Source: Tubiluchus corallicola | Lineage: Eukaryota; Animalia; Priapulida | Direction: 5' to 3' | NCBI GenBank assembly: GCA_030141605.1 | Contig: JAQGDQ010001320.1 | Coordinates: 1-47,488, forward strand | DNA length: 47,488 nt | Made by a program: the position numbers and the translations under genes | Notes under the pieces: generated by a model | Told to the model about the DNA's origin: nothing | The model's input: the letters and a program-made list of their open reading frames with translations, nothing else | Databases searched by the model: none | Part shown: piece after piece, positions 13,068 through 25,663 of the stretch | Layout of the letters: each line of letters opens with the position of its first letter | Numbering within the stretch: the stretch's first letter is position 1

Positions 13068-13705
13068 GAAATCAAGATTTTCATGCAAAAGCATTTTATT
13101 TCAGAATTAAGTTCTTTGACGAACTTAATTCCCAATCATTGAAGCACACAAAGAATATTTTACTCTGCTTTTTTATATTTAAATACATTAATAACATCAG
13201 CAAACCATTCCAGAATAACAGATTTACCTTTTTTCCAAATCCTATCATTAATTCCAGAACAAGCAATCTAAAACAAATTAGGACAAATACCCACTATGGA
13301 ACGAACTCTATAATCCAGCAAGCAATTCTACTTTGGAATTCTCTACCATTACACGTTAAACAAATCAAATCCCTATCAGCATTTAAAACAAAATTAAAAT
13401 CACTAATATTAAGCAGATATGAAATAAAATCACACCAGCACGACAACATACACACTAATTCAGAATTCATATATCCACGGCCATATTAATTAATTCATAA
13501 TTTTTTCATTTTTTTGTGCATAGCTGTAAATATGTTTGATTTTATTCGTCGTTACTTTCCATTACTGCACAGTAGTTTAGATTGCACTGACGCATTTGCC
13601 TTTAGCAGTGTAAGTTTTTATTAACTAACACTGATTGATCATCTCTGTAAAGTTTTTATCAGTGATTATCAATGCATTTTAATGGCAAATAAAGGTGTCA
13701 ATCAG
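13068..13705 (+). mobile_element. 5'-truncated CR1/L2-group LINE 3' end plus UTR
   Basis: ORF 13139-13489 contains THYGTNSIIQQAILLWNSLPLHVKQIKSLSAFKTKLK, a CR1/L2/Crack ORF2 C-terminus; AATAAA near 13688. Confidence 0.8.
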
Positions 13706-15919
13706 TATATATGACTAACAAGCCTACCTCTCTTTTCAATGCTCTAGTTGGAGGCTTTAAGAGGTTCATTTGTTTTTGTGACCTCTCCCCTTGATACATT
13801 TTAATCGGTTTTGCAGAACACAAAAGGTTCTTTGTTAATATTTTACTTAAATCAAAACATTAATTGATAATTTAACAGTGTTTTAAATCGTTTTACTTTA
13901 ACTGTATTTCATAACATAGTAGGCCTAGCAAATCGATATAGACTGCTCTAATTTCTTTGCTTTTATCACATTTGAAGAATCGTGAAAATCACGTCAAACA
14001 CAAACATCAATAAAAAACTAAAGTTCAACTCTATGCAACGTAAACATGCCATTTGGTTTAAAGTACACAAGTGGAGTTAATACTATAATAGATGGCTCTG
14101 TGTATCTCTCCTATGTGTGCTCATTGTGAAGCTGTAATTAACTGTCAGCGAACCTGGAGACCACTTCTGCTGAGTGGCAGGATTACAGGTAATTTGGATT
14201 GACAGGTTAATCGCAACAACTGGTTTTTCTGCACTAGAAACTGTGTAAGTTTTGTGTTACCTGAGACGGAATCAAAGGAGAAAAAATCGCTCCAGGTATG
14301 GCGGTTTGTTTGTGTTAAAGTGATGCTGGGATGAGCAGGTACAGGCCAGGTACGCCGCAGGTGAACCAGACTGACACATTTTTTTATTTTTGTAGCATCC
14401 CTGAGACCTGATTTCAAAAACTGCTTGTAAACACTTTTTTATTGTTTATTTATTTTACATCAACACAATTAATACATTAAAAGAAACAAAAAGTTATCAA
14501 TAATTCAATGAATAACAAACAGTAAGATACATAACAGGAAGCATATTTTGGAAAAAATGATTTAAACTGTCTTTAGACATAGGTCAACCTATGGTAAATA
14601 AAGATAGTGATATCGCTACTTCCGTTAATACTGGTGTCTAAACAACGTTATGTACAACGTCATTACAAATATACTAACTTGACTCTCAAAACACTATGGG
14701 ATTGAAAGATAAACAAGAGAATTATCACTGTTGTATGTTGCTTAGTAAATTCGTATTCAGTTTACTTTGCGCAATTGATTGCAATTCGTGTGTTTGACAC
14801 ATACTGTGGTACCACATTCTGGCAGTGATGCGCCGAGACCCATAACCAGTCGCTGAAGTTGTTTGTTAAAAATTAATCGTCTAATTAGTATGCTCTCCAC
14901 AGTAACTCTGAAAGGCATCGCAACACTTTCCTGTAAACGGAAGTAATTCGTTCTATCCTGCTTTTCGTTACGCATTGATTATTGCAACAACAACAGCAGC
15001 AGAACCCATTTTTTATCTGACGAAGACCCTATTATCATCAAATTTATCGTCAATCAATCTACAAGCGTTTGTGGTTTCAGAGACGTTCCACGTCTGTGTG
15101 TATCCAGTATAACTGCACTCATTTTTATTCAAAGGTTGCAGCTAATTAGTCAGAGTCCCTGTCTATAATAAAACAGCTGGATGAAAATTATAACACGAAT
15201 GTACGCAGCAGGCAGCTAATGACGTAAAGGTGATTAATAATTAATCGTTTCGGAGTATGTAGCTGCTGCTTGGAGTACAAAATAACAGGCAGGTATAGAA
15301 TGTTCAGTATTGCACACAGCAGATAGAGTAGAAATCAAACTTCAAATCAAAATAAACATATCATTTAAATAGATCTATGCTCCCGTTGCTCAGACAATCA
15401 AGTATTATCATTTTCTACAAAGTTCACATTCAACAGCATTCTAGTAACTAGTTATATCCACAGGCTTCGTGTTTAAAATGAGTCGTTTTAAAATGCAGCT
15501 CTGCTATGGGCCTCGGCGCATCACTGCCACAATGTTGTCACGAGTGTTCTCTGTGCTGAATTCGAGAACAATGCTTTTGGTAAAACTACAGAAAATTAAA
15601 TTCCGTAAATCATGCGTTGCAGTTCAACTTGTAAGTTGCCTACAATTTGGTGCTATGTTGAATTCGTTTGGCACACTGATTATTTCAGGGAAACTACTTT
15701 GAACTACACGCATTTATATATTCCTTATAGACTTTTTATTACTATTTATTGTATTTTATTACCTTTTTAAGCTCGCTTCTATAAAGTTGCAGGATTGTAA
15801 AAATGTTCTTTCGCGTATAAACCGACACATTATTATACAGAAACAATTTCGATGCTGTCAAATTACCTAGGACAAGTACGACAGATTAGATACAATTTTT
15901 GTTAAGAACTGTGTATATC

Positions 15920-16470
15920 TTATAAGTTTATAAGTTCTTTTTATAAGTTTATCAGTTTATTTATTTCCACTCTACATCTAACAGTTATAATAAAAATACA
16001 GCTAATTTCACTGAAGTAAATATAAATATAAATGCAATATTATCCAGAAATTACAAAAGAGATTCCTATGCAGCATATACATGTGCAAATTACATAACAG
16101 AGTAATTTTGATGCATACAGTTTGAGCCTAAAAGCATAGCTTGACAGGCCAAACTGTACGTGGAAATCTTAAAGAAAGGATTAATAATTGAAATAATAAC
16201 AATATATACATAAAAGTGGGGGGGGGGGGTGAATGAAAGATGAAATGGAGCAAGAACTAAGAAAAACTGTGATCATGATTATAAAGTGTTCAGTAACCTG
16301 TTGAGCATAGTCACGTTTTATTAAGATTACTGTGGAAAAAGAATGCAGGTGATTACCATTATCAAACTGTGTTACCCTCAATACTTTTGAAATATTTCTT
16401 TTCTAACGGTTTTTTCAAAAGTTGAAAGGGAGTGACTACATTTTGAATTGCGGCTTAATCCATTCCATAG
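15920..16470 (-). mobile_element. Second copy of the CR1/L2-group 3' end at 827-1372 (inverted)
   Basis: Reverse complement aligns over about 550 bp with 827-1372, including the (AACTTATA)-type tail. Confidence 0.85.
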
Positions 16471-16948
16471 ACTTTTTCATTTGTCATCATCTTTTGTCAT
16501 AGACTCACGTACAATCTGCCACGCACGCATACACTCATGCATAGTTTGTGCGTGCACGCACTCACACATGTACAGCACGCTCTATCCTTTCTCTTCCTCT
16601 TGACGTTCTCATTTCTAACTGATTTCTGATACTCTGCTGAGCAATCTGTCCCACAAGACAAACGACCCTAAGATTAATTGTCCACGTCCACCATTGCTGA
16701 CATGTTGATGAAGAGCACAGTTCCTTGGTTTTTGGTAATTGACAATCAAAAACTAATTATATGAAAAAGAGAATGACAAAGCATGGGTGTGCGCGTGCTT
16801 AGAACAACCAGCGAGAGGCTTTGACCTTTGCTATAGAGCATAATTCAAGAATAAGACTAGCAATAATTTCCCGGTAATGAAGTGACTGCTAAGTTAACGT
16901 TAAGTCGAGGTGTGTTGCATTCACACTTTACAGATAAATCAACCTTAA

Positions 16949-17678
16949 AGGACAAGAAAAGGGGTACCTGAAGTAGGTTTCAGAAAAATCGCCTTAAAGG
17001 ACAAGAAAAGGGGTACCTGAAGTAGATTTCAGAAAAATCGCCTTAAAAATTATACTACCTTACAGCAATTTTATGCGTATTTCTTACTCACACTGAAAAC
17101 AATTTTAGTTTGTTCTCATTTTAAATCTCCTGCTATACTGTTCCGAAGTCGCCATTACATGACGTCATGTACCAAACGTAAATCAAGGGAAGAAAAGGCA
17201 ATGTTAAATTATATCTCAAACGACTTGCCGTGCAAATCTATATTACTTAGATTTTCGTTTACCTGCTGGAAACTCTTATGTCACTAGAAGGGAATTTTAT
17301 TAATGATTTAAAATGTTTTCACCAATTGGTAAAATGTCGCTGACTCACCCACCAGGGTGCGCCACTCACTAACCAAAAACGTATTTTTAATCTTATTGAC
17401 AAGATACAGTAATTTAAATTTTATTTAGTTAGTGACGTGTGCGCTACGAATGCTCTGATTATTTTTTCAAACTTTACAAAATGTTACCTAAACTTGTTGC
17501 AAATGACCTGACGTGAAAATGGCTGCGTCTAACGGTCATCGCGGGAGTTTAAATTTACATGTTTTATACAGCGTTACTGCCGATTGAAGTCCTGCATGCA
17601 AAAAGGCACTATGTAAGCGATATAAAATTTCAAAAGGAATTTTTCAAACTTTATGTTTATGAAGGGTTCTCTTGTGCC
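16949..17678. mobile_element. Putative Kolobok-like non-autonomous DNA transposon with duplicated left end
   Basis: TTAA|AGGACAAGA ... TCTTGTGCC|TTAA imperfect short TIRs; first 49 bp tandemly duplicated. Confidence 0.5.
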
Positions 17679-17954
17679 TTAACACTCATATTAAATTATG
17701 AATGTTTAAAGCACCATTTTCTATAACCAAGCTTAATGAAAGCTCACAGCTAATTAAAAGCATGTTAGAGAAAAGACAAACTGGTGGGCCTTTGACTTTT
17801 TCAAATAAGTCACTTTAACACTCATATTAAATTATGAATGTTTAAAGCACCATTTTCTATAACCTATCTTAATGAAAGCTCACAGCTAATTAAAAGCATG
17901 TTAGAGAAAAGACAAACTGGTGGGCCTTTGACTTTTTCAAATAAGTCACCTTAA
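17679..17954 (+). repeat. 136-bp tandem duplication bounded by TTAA
   Basis: TTAA at 17679, 17815 and 17951 delimit two near-identical units. Confidence 0.9.
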
Positions 17955-18473
17955 CATTTTGGTTTAAACTTGAAATAATTTACTAAGGTGTGACACTCCA
18001 TGATGTAAAACCTCCCTTATAATGAAGTGATCACTAACTAAAGGCTTAAGTAATGTGTTTTTCAGTCACACCTTCCTAAATAAATCACGTAACAGTCTGG
18101 TCTAAAGTTACTAAAGTTTAAAAGACGTGGCACTAAAACCTTCCTTAATGAACTGATTACTAATTAAAAACACACTTGGAAGTATTTTGACTTACGCCCT
18201 TTCAAATAAAACAGATATGTACCAATTTGAAGTGTAACTGAAGTATTTTTGTCACCATCATCATCATATGCCATCAACACCATCATCATCATAGGCCGAT
18301 TACATTCTCAACATTGGACAGACAGAACTCTAAAATAACAAAAACTTCCCTCAAAACAGATAAACACAGTAGTAATCCAGTAGAAAAACTAGACTTTGCT
18401 ATGCCAGTGGCTTGTCAGGACCATTTCCGAGCAAAATTCCTAAATAAATCATGCAAAACGCGCTTGTGAAAAG

Positions 18474-18823
<350 letters not shown>

Positions 18824-19247
18824 AGTACTCTGTTCTATATTTAAAAGCATAGCTGGTGTATTTTTGACTATAATTATACATATAACACATAACACTCTCC
18901 TCTATCGTTACCACAACTCTAAACCTTACGTAATAATTATGCGCAGCAGCAAAACAAAAATATACAAATTGGATGAAATTGTGTAGCGCCGACAAGAACC
19001 ACTTTTTAAACAAGTTTTAATGAGGTTTCAGCATTCATCCAACACTTAATTCAGAGAGGATTGCAAACTGTCAACACGCGTTCTTTACACGTGAGAAGGC
19101 AAGTTTAGCTGCAAGTTGTTAAAAGCTTGATAATGATGGGCAAAGACATGTTATATAATCTCACTGATCATTGATTTCATCAAAAAACGCCTTTTCATAA
19201 TCGCATCTTGAAAATACAGGTCCATAGTCAGTTTGATTTCGCTCTTG

Positions 19248-19357
19248 GTTTAAACATAATTTATTTAGGATTAGATCAGACAGTTTGAACAACATGATTT
19301 AGGATCCTCACCACAACAGACTTTATACAATATTTACAAGAACATTTACAGTAAGAA
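19248..19357 (-). mobile_element. Short 3'-UTR fragment of the CR1-like LINE at 33380-33775
   Basis: Reverse complement matches 33662-33770 (CTGTTGTGGTGAGGATCCTAAATCATG...AATAAATTATG). Confidence 0.75.
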
Positions 19358-19543
19358 TTGAGTATAACCAGGGCCTATTTCAGCCTAAGCGAGGCCCGGG
19401 GAAGTGGGGCGTGTGACGCCTCCTCGGGGGGGGGTCGTATGTCACCATGGTTGGCGCCCAGAAAATTTTTGAACTGCTAGAACGCCGGAGAAACATTTTC
19501 GAAGAGAAAATATGAAGTTATACAGTATGTTCGCATAAAGCTA

Positions 19544-19650
19544 TGGTGGTGGTGGTGGTGGTGGTGGTGGTGGTGGTGGTGGTGGTGGTGGTGGTGGTGG
19601 TGGTGTTGGTGGTGTTGATAACGATAATGATGAGGATGATGATGTGATGA
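19544..19650. repeat. (GGT)n/(GAT)n microsatellite
   Basis: Directly visible. Confidence 0.9.
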
Positions 19651-19955
19651 AGAGGAATACTTGGAGTAAACAAATTCAAGAAAGAATATTGCATTGGATT
19701 GGGCATGAAATAGAACTACCTCGGGTATCCCCTTTTCCTATAGCATTACGTAATTAAGGCTCTTTAATTGACAAGAAAGACAAGAGGAAGTCAGTTGGTG
19801 ACGTACATAGATACTGCAAAAAGAAGTAGCAAACACAACTCGAGATTTGAGGGGGACGATCCATCGTGGGCAGTGGTGGTAGACAGGAATACATGGCCTC
19901 AACAGGTGGGACGTGCTATGTTTCAGAAAGTACAAGCACCTAGATGAAGATGACG
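19650..19955 (+). mobile_element. Degenerate RTE-clade LINE 3' end
   Basis: Translates WSKQIQERILHWIGH..LP and later RGSQLVTYID...WAVVVDRNTW..QV, matching the RTE C-terminal pattern RL.W.GH...T(W/Y).D...W...DR..W. Confidence 0.6.
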
Positions 19956-20049
19956 TTTTTTGAGTTTTGAGGATTTCGTTTATAATAATTCTACAATTCT
20001 GCCTCCCATTGTCTACTTGAAATCGAACTCAGTCAATACTCATCAATTC

Positions 20050-20327
20050 TATCAATAAAAGAAGAACCTTGGACAAGAAAAATAAAAAGACGCCGTTTAA
20101 GATGGACTGGGCATATGCTTAGACTACCTGATGATAATCGAGTGAAGATAGCTCTTCAACAAGCCATAGAACCAATGACAAATGTCCACATACATAGATT
20201 TTGCACAGAAGGATTTAAACACTTCAGCATTGATCGTTAGAAATAAACCCACTTGGGGCATTGCGGCATGCAGGGAGTCCTGGCATAGGGAGGTGAGCAG
20301 AATCATGTCACTGCACGTGTGATTCAT

Positions 20328-20363
<36 letters not shown>

Positions 20364-20392
20364 CTGATGATGGTGATGATGATGACGACGAC

Positions 20393-20480
<88 letters not shown>

Positions 20481-20555
20481 TTGATGGTGATCTGGCATAG
20501 GGAGGTGAACAGAATTATGTGCCTGGACGTATGATTCATTGGATGATGATGATGA
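20050..20555 (+). mobile_element. RTE-clade LINE 3' end with (GAT)n tail and a duplicated terminal ~60 bp
   Basis: EEPWTRKIKRRRLRWTGHMLRLPDD; (GAT)n at 20330-20490; TGGCATAGGGAGGTGA...GATTCATTGGATGATG repeated at 20281 and 20493. Confidence 0.8.
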
Positions 20556-21432
20556 ATGATATTATTAAAATAACTTATGTATTGATGTTACAGTCATAAT
20601 TGGAAGTGTTAAGTGTTTTACGTGCACCGACGTAGAACTCTGTGCCATCTATTAACAAGAAAAGTAAAGAATCTTGGTAAAAGTGCCCTTTAAGGCAAAA
20701 ATATAAACGTCGACGATGCCGAAGTATTCTTCACGTTTCACTGCAGTAAAGCGTTGTAATTTCAAGCTCTGAAAAGCTCGCTGTTCCTACAAAGAAAAGG
20801 GAAAAAAATTTCCAGGCTCGGTTATAATCTTCCCTGAGATTTTCTAAGATTTAATTCCAAACGGCAACCGACGAGAAAGGTAAAACGCCTCATAATTCCG
20901 ACTCTGCTTTCATTTGTCTGCTCTGCTCTATCATTCTGATCTGGAAAATTCTCAATTGATTGCCTGCAGCCTCCAGGTAGAGAGATTGAAACGGAGAGAT
21001 GCTTTCATCGGTTCTTATCTTCCGCCTGACAAAACGTACATTGCATTTATGAACAATAAATTACCTGAGAGCTACGAGTATACAGCGCTCTGCTATGATA
21101 CTTTTAATCAGGACAAAGTGGTCATCTGCTGCCATGGAAAGTCGAGCACAAGTGGACGTAATTAAAAACGAATTTGCTAAAATAATAAACGACTTTTTAA
21201 AAAGGCTAGCCTTGAGCTTCTTGCTCAGAGCTACAATGAATGCATTCTAAGCCAGCAGCTAACGCATCCTCGTGATTATTGTGGTTTCAGGTTAACCCAC
21301 AAGGGCGGCGCTGCTAAGTTGGATTTGTGGCAGAGACAATTATAAAATCCCTGAATTTAGCACAATAAAAAACTGTTGCAAAAAATAGTTTATTGAGTTG
21401 ATGATCATTGATGCTGATGAACATGCCAGCCG

Positions 21433-21715
21433 CTGATGTTAATGACGATGACGACGACGATGATGATGATGTCGATGATGACGATTCTGATGACAGCGAC
21501 GACGATAATGCTGATGACGATGATTCTGATGCTGATGACGACGACGACGATGATGATGATGATGATGATTCTGATGCTGATGACGACGACGACGACGACG
21601 ATGATGATGATGACGACGATGATGATCCTGATGACGATGACGATGATGGTGATGATGACGATAAATAAGACGATGATGATGGTGGCAGCAGTGGTGATGT
21701 GATGGTGATGACGAT
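21433..21715. repeat. Degenerate (GAT/GAC)n microsatellite
   Basis: Triplet repeat continuing past the stop of the poly-Asp ORF. Confidence 0.85.
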
Positions 21716-22425
21716 AATTATATAACGATTACGAGTGGGTGCTGATAGCTCAAGCCCTTCAGACGCCTTTAAGCTAAAATACGTTAACTTAAAACTTTTA
21801 ATATTAAAGAATTTTGCCCGACAGGCCGATGATGATGATGATGATGACGACAATTACAAAACGACCAATAAGCCGACGCTGACGTCTCAAACGTGCAACA
21901 AATTAAAAGGCATCAGTTTGTCTGCCGAAATTTCCAAATTAGCCCCTTTAACTTCCTAAGCGAGCGGGCGTGCCCCAAAACCCGCCCAGTGTCAAAAAGA
22001 AAACCGCAGAGGAGCCTCGCAACCAGTTTTTTAAACCAGTGACCTCATTTCCCCCACTAAGCGCAAATAGCCACAAGTTTTAGCTGAAGTGTAAAGAACA
22101 AGACGTGGTCAGAGACCTGTCATAATTTGTTCATCTCAATCGGTTCAAATTGCCCACCGAATGTCGCCGAGAATTCAGTTACTCGGGAAAATCTGTCGGC
22201 TACAAAGATATTGCCAACTGACAAAGGAAATTGATAATTAACTCTAATTAAACTGAATTGGCGAGCGCCTCTTTCATCCGCCAAACGCGAATGGAAAAGA
22301 GACGGTTCGGTAGCACTAATGACGGAGGCGGAAACAGAACAGATTCTCAAGTGAGTCGAGGCGAGCAATAATTTCACATGACGATTTCAGCATGTTTGCA
22401 TGGTACAGAAAACTAAGCGTATGTA

Positions 22426-22630
22426 ATCATCATCATCGCCATCATCATCATCATCATCGTCATCATCACCACCACCATCATCATCACCACTACTATCATC
22501 ATCATCATCATCACCACCACCATCATCGTCATCATCATTACCACCACTATCATCATCATCGTCATCATCACCACCACCATCATCATCATCATCATCATCA
22601 TCGCCATCGTTATCATCCTCATCATCACAA
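22426..22630. repeat. (CAT/CAC)n microsatellite
   Basis: Directly visible. Confidence 0.9.
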
Positions 22631-22844
22631 TCGCTATTATTTGCACGTGTTTTCGAGTAACACGTTCTAATATATGCTGCTTTGTATGCTTTTACACAGG
22701 TATATAAAATAAGAGGCTTGAATTTGCATTACCATAGTAGGAATACAGTAATTATGATCTCAATGGACACTCTACTGATCAAATTATGAACAAGTGAGCA
22801 TCTTACTACTAATCTCATTGGTTTACTTGACCTCATTCTGAAAG

Positions 22845-23338
22845 TAAGCAGATCGGTTTCTTAATCACATTTACTTAAACACAGATTCAAATAAGCAAAT
22901 CGGTTCTTATTCATACTCACTGAATAACAGATTCGAATAAGCAAATCAGTTCTTATTCATACTCACTGAATAACAGATTCAAATAAGCAAATCGGTTCTT
23001 ATTCATACTCACTGAATAACAGATTCAAATAAGCAAATCGGTTCTTATTCATACTCACTGAATAACAGATTCAAATAAGCAAATCGGTTCTTATTCACAC
23101 TCGCTGAAACACAGATTCGAATAAGCAAACCGGTTCTTATTCATACTCACTGAGTAGCAGATTCAAATAAGCAAATCGGTTCTTATTCATACTCACTGAA
23201 TAACAGATTCGAATAAGCAAATCGGTTCCTATTCACACTCACTGAATAACAGATTCGAATAAGCAAATCGGTTCTTAATAATACTCGCTGAATAACAGAT
23301 TCGAATAAGCAAATCGGTTCTCAATCATACTCACTGAA
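22845..23338 (+). repeat. 46-bp tandem repeat, about 10.7 copies, self-complementary unit
   Basis: ATAAGCAAATCGGTTCTTATTCATACTCACTGAATAACAGATTCRA; unit starts at 22891, 22937 ... 23305. Confidence 0.95.
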
Positions 23339-23433
23339 TGTATGTGTGTGTGTGTGTGTGTGTGCGTGCGTGCGTGCGTGTGCGTGCGTGCGTGCGTGCG
23401 TGCGTATGTACGTATATACGTATGTATGTGTGT

Positions 23434-23470
<37 letters not shown>

Positions 23471-23862
23471 CGTACTTATGTATGTATGTATGTATGTACG
23501 TATGTATGTATGTATGTATGTATGTACGTACGTATATATGTATGTATGTATGTAATTTACATACGTATTTACGTATGTATGTATGTATGTATGTATGTAT
23601 GTATGTATGTATGTATGTACGTACGTATATATGTATGTATGTACGTATGTATGTAATTTACATACGTATTTACGTTATGTATGTATGTATGTACGTACGT
23701 ATATATGTATGTATGTACGTATGTATGTAATTTATACGTATGTATGTATGTATGTATGTATGTATGTATGTATGTATGTATGTATGTATGTATGTATGTA
23801 TGTATGTATGTATGTATGTATGTATGTATGTATGTATGTATGTATGTACGTATGTATGTATG
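23338..23862. repeat. (TG)n/(TGCG)n/(TATG)n compound microsatellite
   Basis: Directly visible. Confidence 0.95.
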
Positions 23863-25253
23863 CTTAAAACCAAAACGCAAATATTTTATCACACATCAAT
23901 TCGCTACTTGAATTACAGCCTCTATAAACTGCCGCATGAAGACAAGCAAAGTGATTGTTGGAAAAACCAAAAATTCTACGAGCCGATAACTTATGCAAGA
24001 ATTCCACTTCCAAGCTACCGTTCCCATGGGAACGTTCCCGTCATAAAAACGGATGTGAGAGAACTATCATACGGAATTATTTATTAGTGTAAGAAACGTG
24101 TTGTTGGCACAGAAACTGATGATCAATTTATAATGATCAGTATGTATAGCTCCACAAATGCTGTTTGTTATTCTGTTAACATCTAGAATTTTAGCTGGAA
24201 AATAAATGTGCCTGCTGCTGGAATTGAACGAAACCCCGGGTAGTCCAGAGATTAATTTCGTGCTACCGCGAACAATAGAACGTCTTTCATCGGCTTTTTC
24301 ATCCGGTCAATCGACGCTGAAATGCAACCTCGTTGTTAAGACGCCTCGGCGCTTTGAAGTGCATTTTTCTACATCATAAATCTATATTTTATGGGAGAAA
24401 AAGCGGTTGTAATAGCTGGTGTAATAGTTGGTGTAATAGCTGGTGTAATACGCGTGCTTAATGCGGATTGCATAGTCTGGATTATCAACAAGCTAGTCCC
24501 GAATGCGCAACGTTGGGTTCGTACGTTTTGCTCGCGTGCAAAATGTACAAACTTGCATTTATAAACTTGTGCCTAATGGCGGTAAAGACTACACTACTTT
24601 GGCAAAATATTTATGACGTAGAAGTGATTTTTTTCACTGTCCACTGCTACTTAACAGCTCGTACGAACAGACAAATAAATAAATAAATAGTTATTATGAT
24701 GCCAAATAAACAATAAATATGGGCATAGCTAGCATGCTATGTTTCGTATGATGCGCTTCCGTCAGTTCTTTAAGTTTTTCAATTTGAACACCACTGACTG
24801 TTACCATGGTAACCGTTTTTTCGTAAAAAATTGGAACGGAAGCAAATTCTATTGTGACGTCACATTATAAAAATTGACTAAAAGACAATTACATAAACGA
24901 GTCCGGCTTTGCGGCGAAATAGATCTCTTTGTAGAGTTGCTAAAGAGCCGGTAACCCAGTAATTTCAGCGAATTGCACGAACACGGTCACGGAGATTAAT
25001 GTGTACTGAAAGTGGATGTTCTATAATTACACCCTAATGGCCTGAATAATTCATAATCTGTGAAGAACTTGACATTAGCAGTCATTAGTAAGGCATGTTG
25101 ATTCCATACAGCAGAACGTACCAAAAAATGTCTAATGCATCTATTTATTTATTATATTTATTTATTTATAATACATCTATAAACTGAAGTCAAGAGACTT
25201 ATATGTCCATTAAAAACGTCGTAAAACATATCGACAATGTTTTATATACACGG

Positions 25254-25663
25254 GGGCAAGATGTATGGAGATCCTGAGTTGCCCAGACAACAGGAATCCC
25301 CTCTCTTCCTCCCTGGTGTAGTCCAAAGGAAAGCGGAGCGATACGTTTGGCACCAGGTTGGCTGCAGGAGCTGCCGGAATCATTGAGCATGCTGCACTGG
25401 TCCGCCTTCGGGGCTCCACTCCTGATTTGGAAGGTTTACTCCTCTACACATGGCCGTTGGGTCACTTGACCTCCTCCGCCCTCTAGCCGTTGGCTGCTTG
25501 TGCAGCTCCTCCGCCTAGTGTCGAGATACAGTGTGGGCATCCCGCAAGCCTATAGCACCTGGTATTCCTAGGCGGTCACCCATCCAAGTACTAACCAGGC
25601 TCTACGTTGCTTAACTTCCGTGATCAGACGAGAACCGGTGTTTCCAACGTGATTTGGCCGTAG
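25254..25663 (-). mobile_element. 5S rRNA-derived SINE copy 3 (full head and body, 3' tail missing)
   Basis: Head 25546-25663 followed by the same body as copies 1 and 2. Confidence 0.85.
25546..25663 (-). pseudogene. Near full-length 5S rRNA sequence serving as SINE head (not a free-standing 5S gene)
   Basis: CTACGGCCAAATCACGTTGGAAACACCGGTTCTCGTCTGATCACGGAAGTTAAGCAACGTAGAGCCTGGTTAGTACTTGGATGGGTGACCGCCTAGGAATACCAGGTGCTATAGGCTT; no oligo-T terminator follows. Confidence 0.85.

Noticed and set aside
14398-14420. miR-125-like TCCCTGAGACC (and miR-1-like TGGAATGTAA at about 1879)
   Set aside because: Only 10-11 nt match and no precursor hairpin placing the sequence in a stem arm
15000-15050. 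Penelope-type hammerhead ribozyme (CTGACGAAGACC)
   Set aside because: The complementary GGTC-GAAA half of the core is absent
21297-21312. CTCF-like CCACAAGGGCGGCGCT
   Set aside because: Spacing is one base off the core consensus
21408-21668. Poly-Asp ORF resembling acidic biomineralisation proteins
   Set aside because: No signal peptide or convincing acceptor site, and the GAT/GAC repeat continues past the stop; simplest as a degenerate microsatellite
22392-22670. Poly-His ORF
   Set aside because: (CAT/CAC)n microsatellite with no flanking coding signal
25546-25663. Functional 5S rRNA gene
   Set aside because: No oligo-T terminator, fused to the same body as the copy at 6982 and not in a tandem rDNA array
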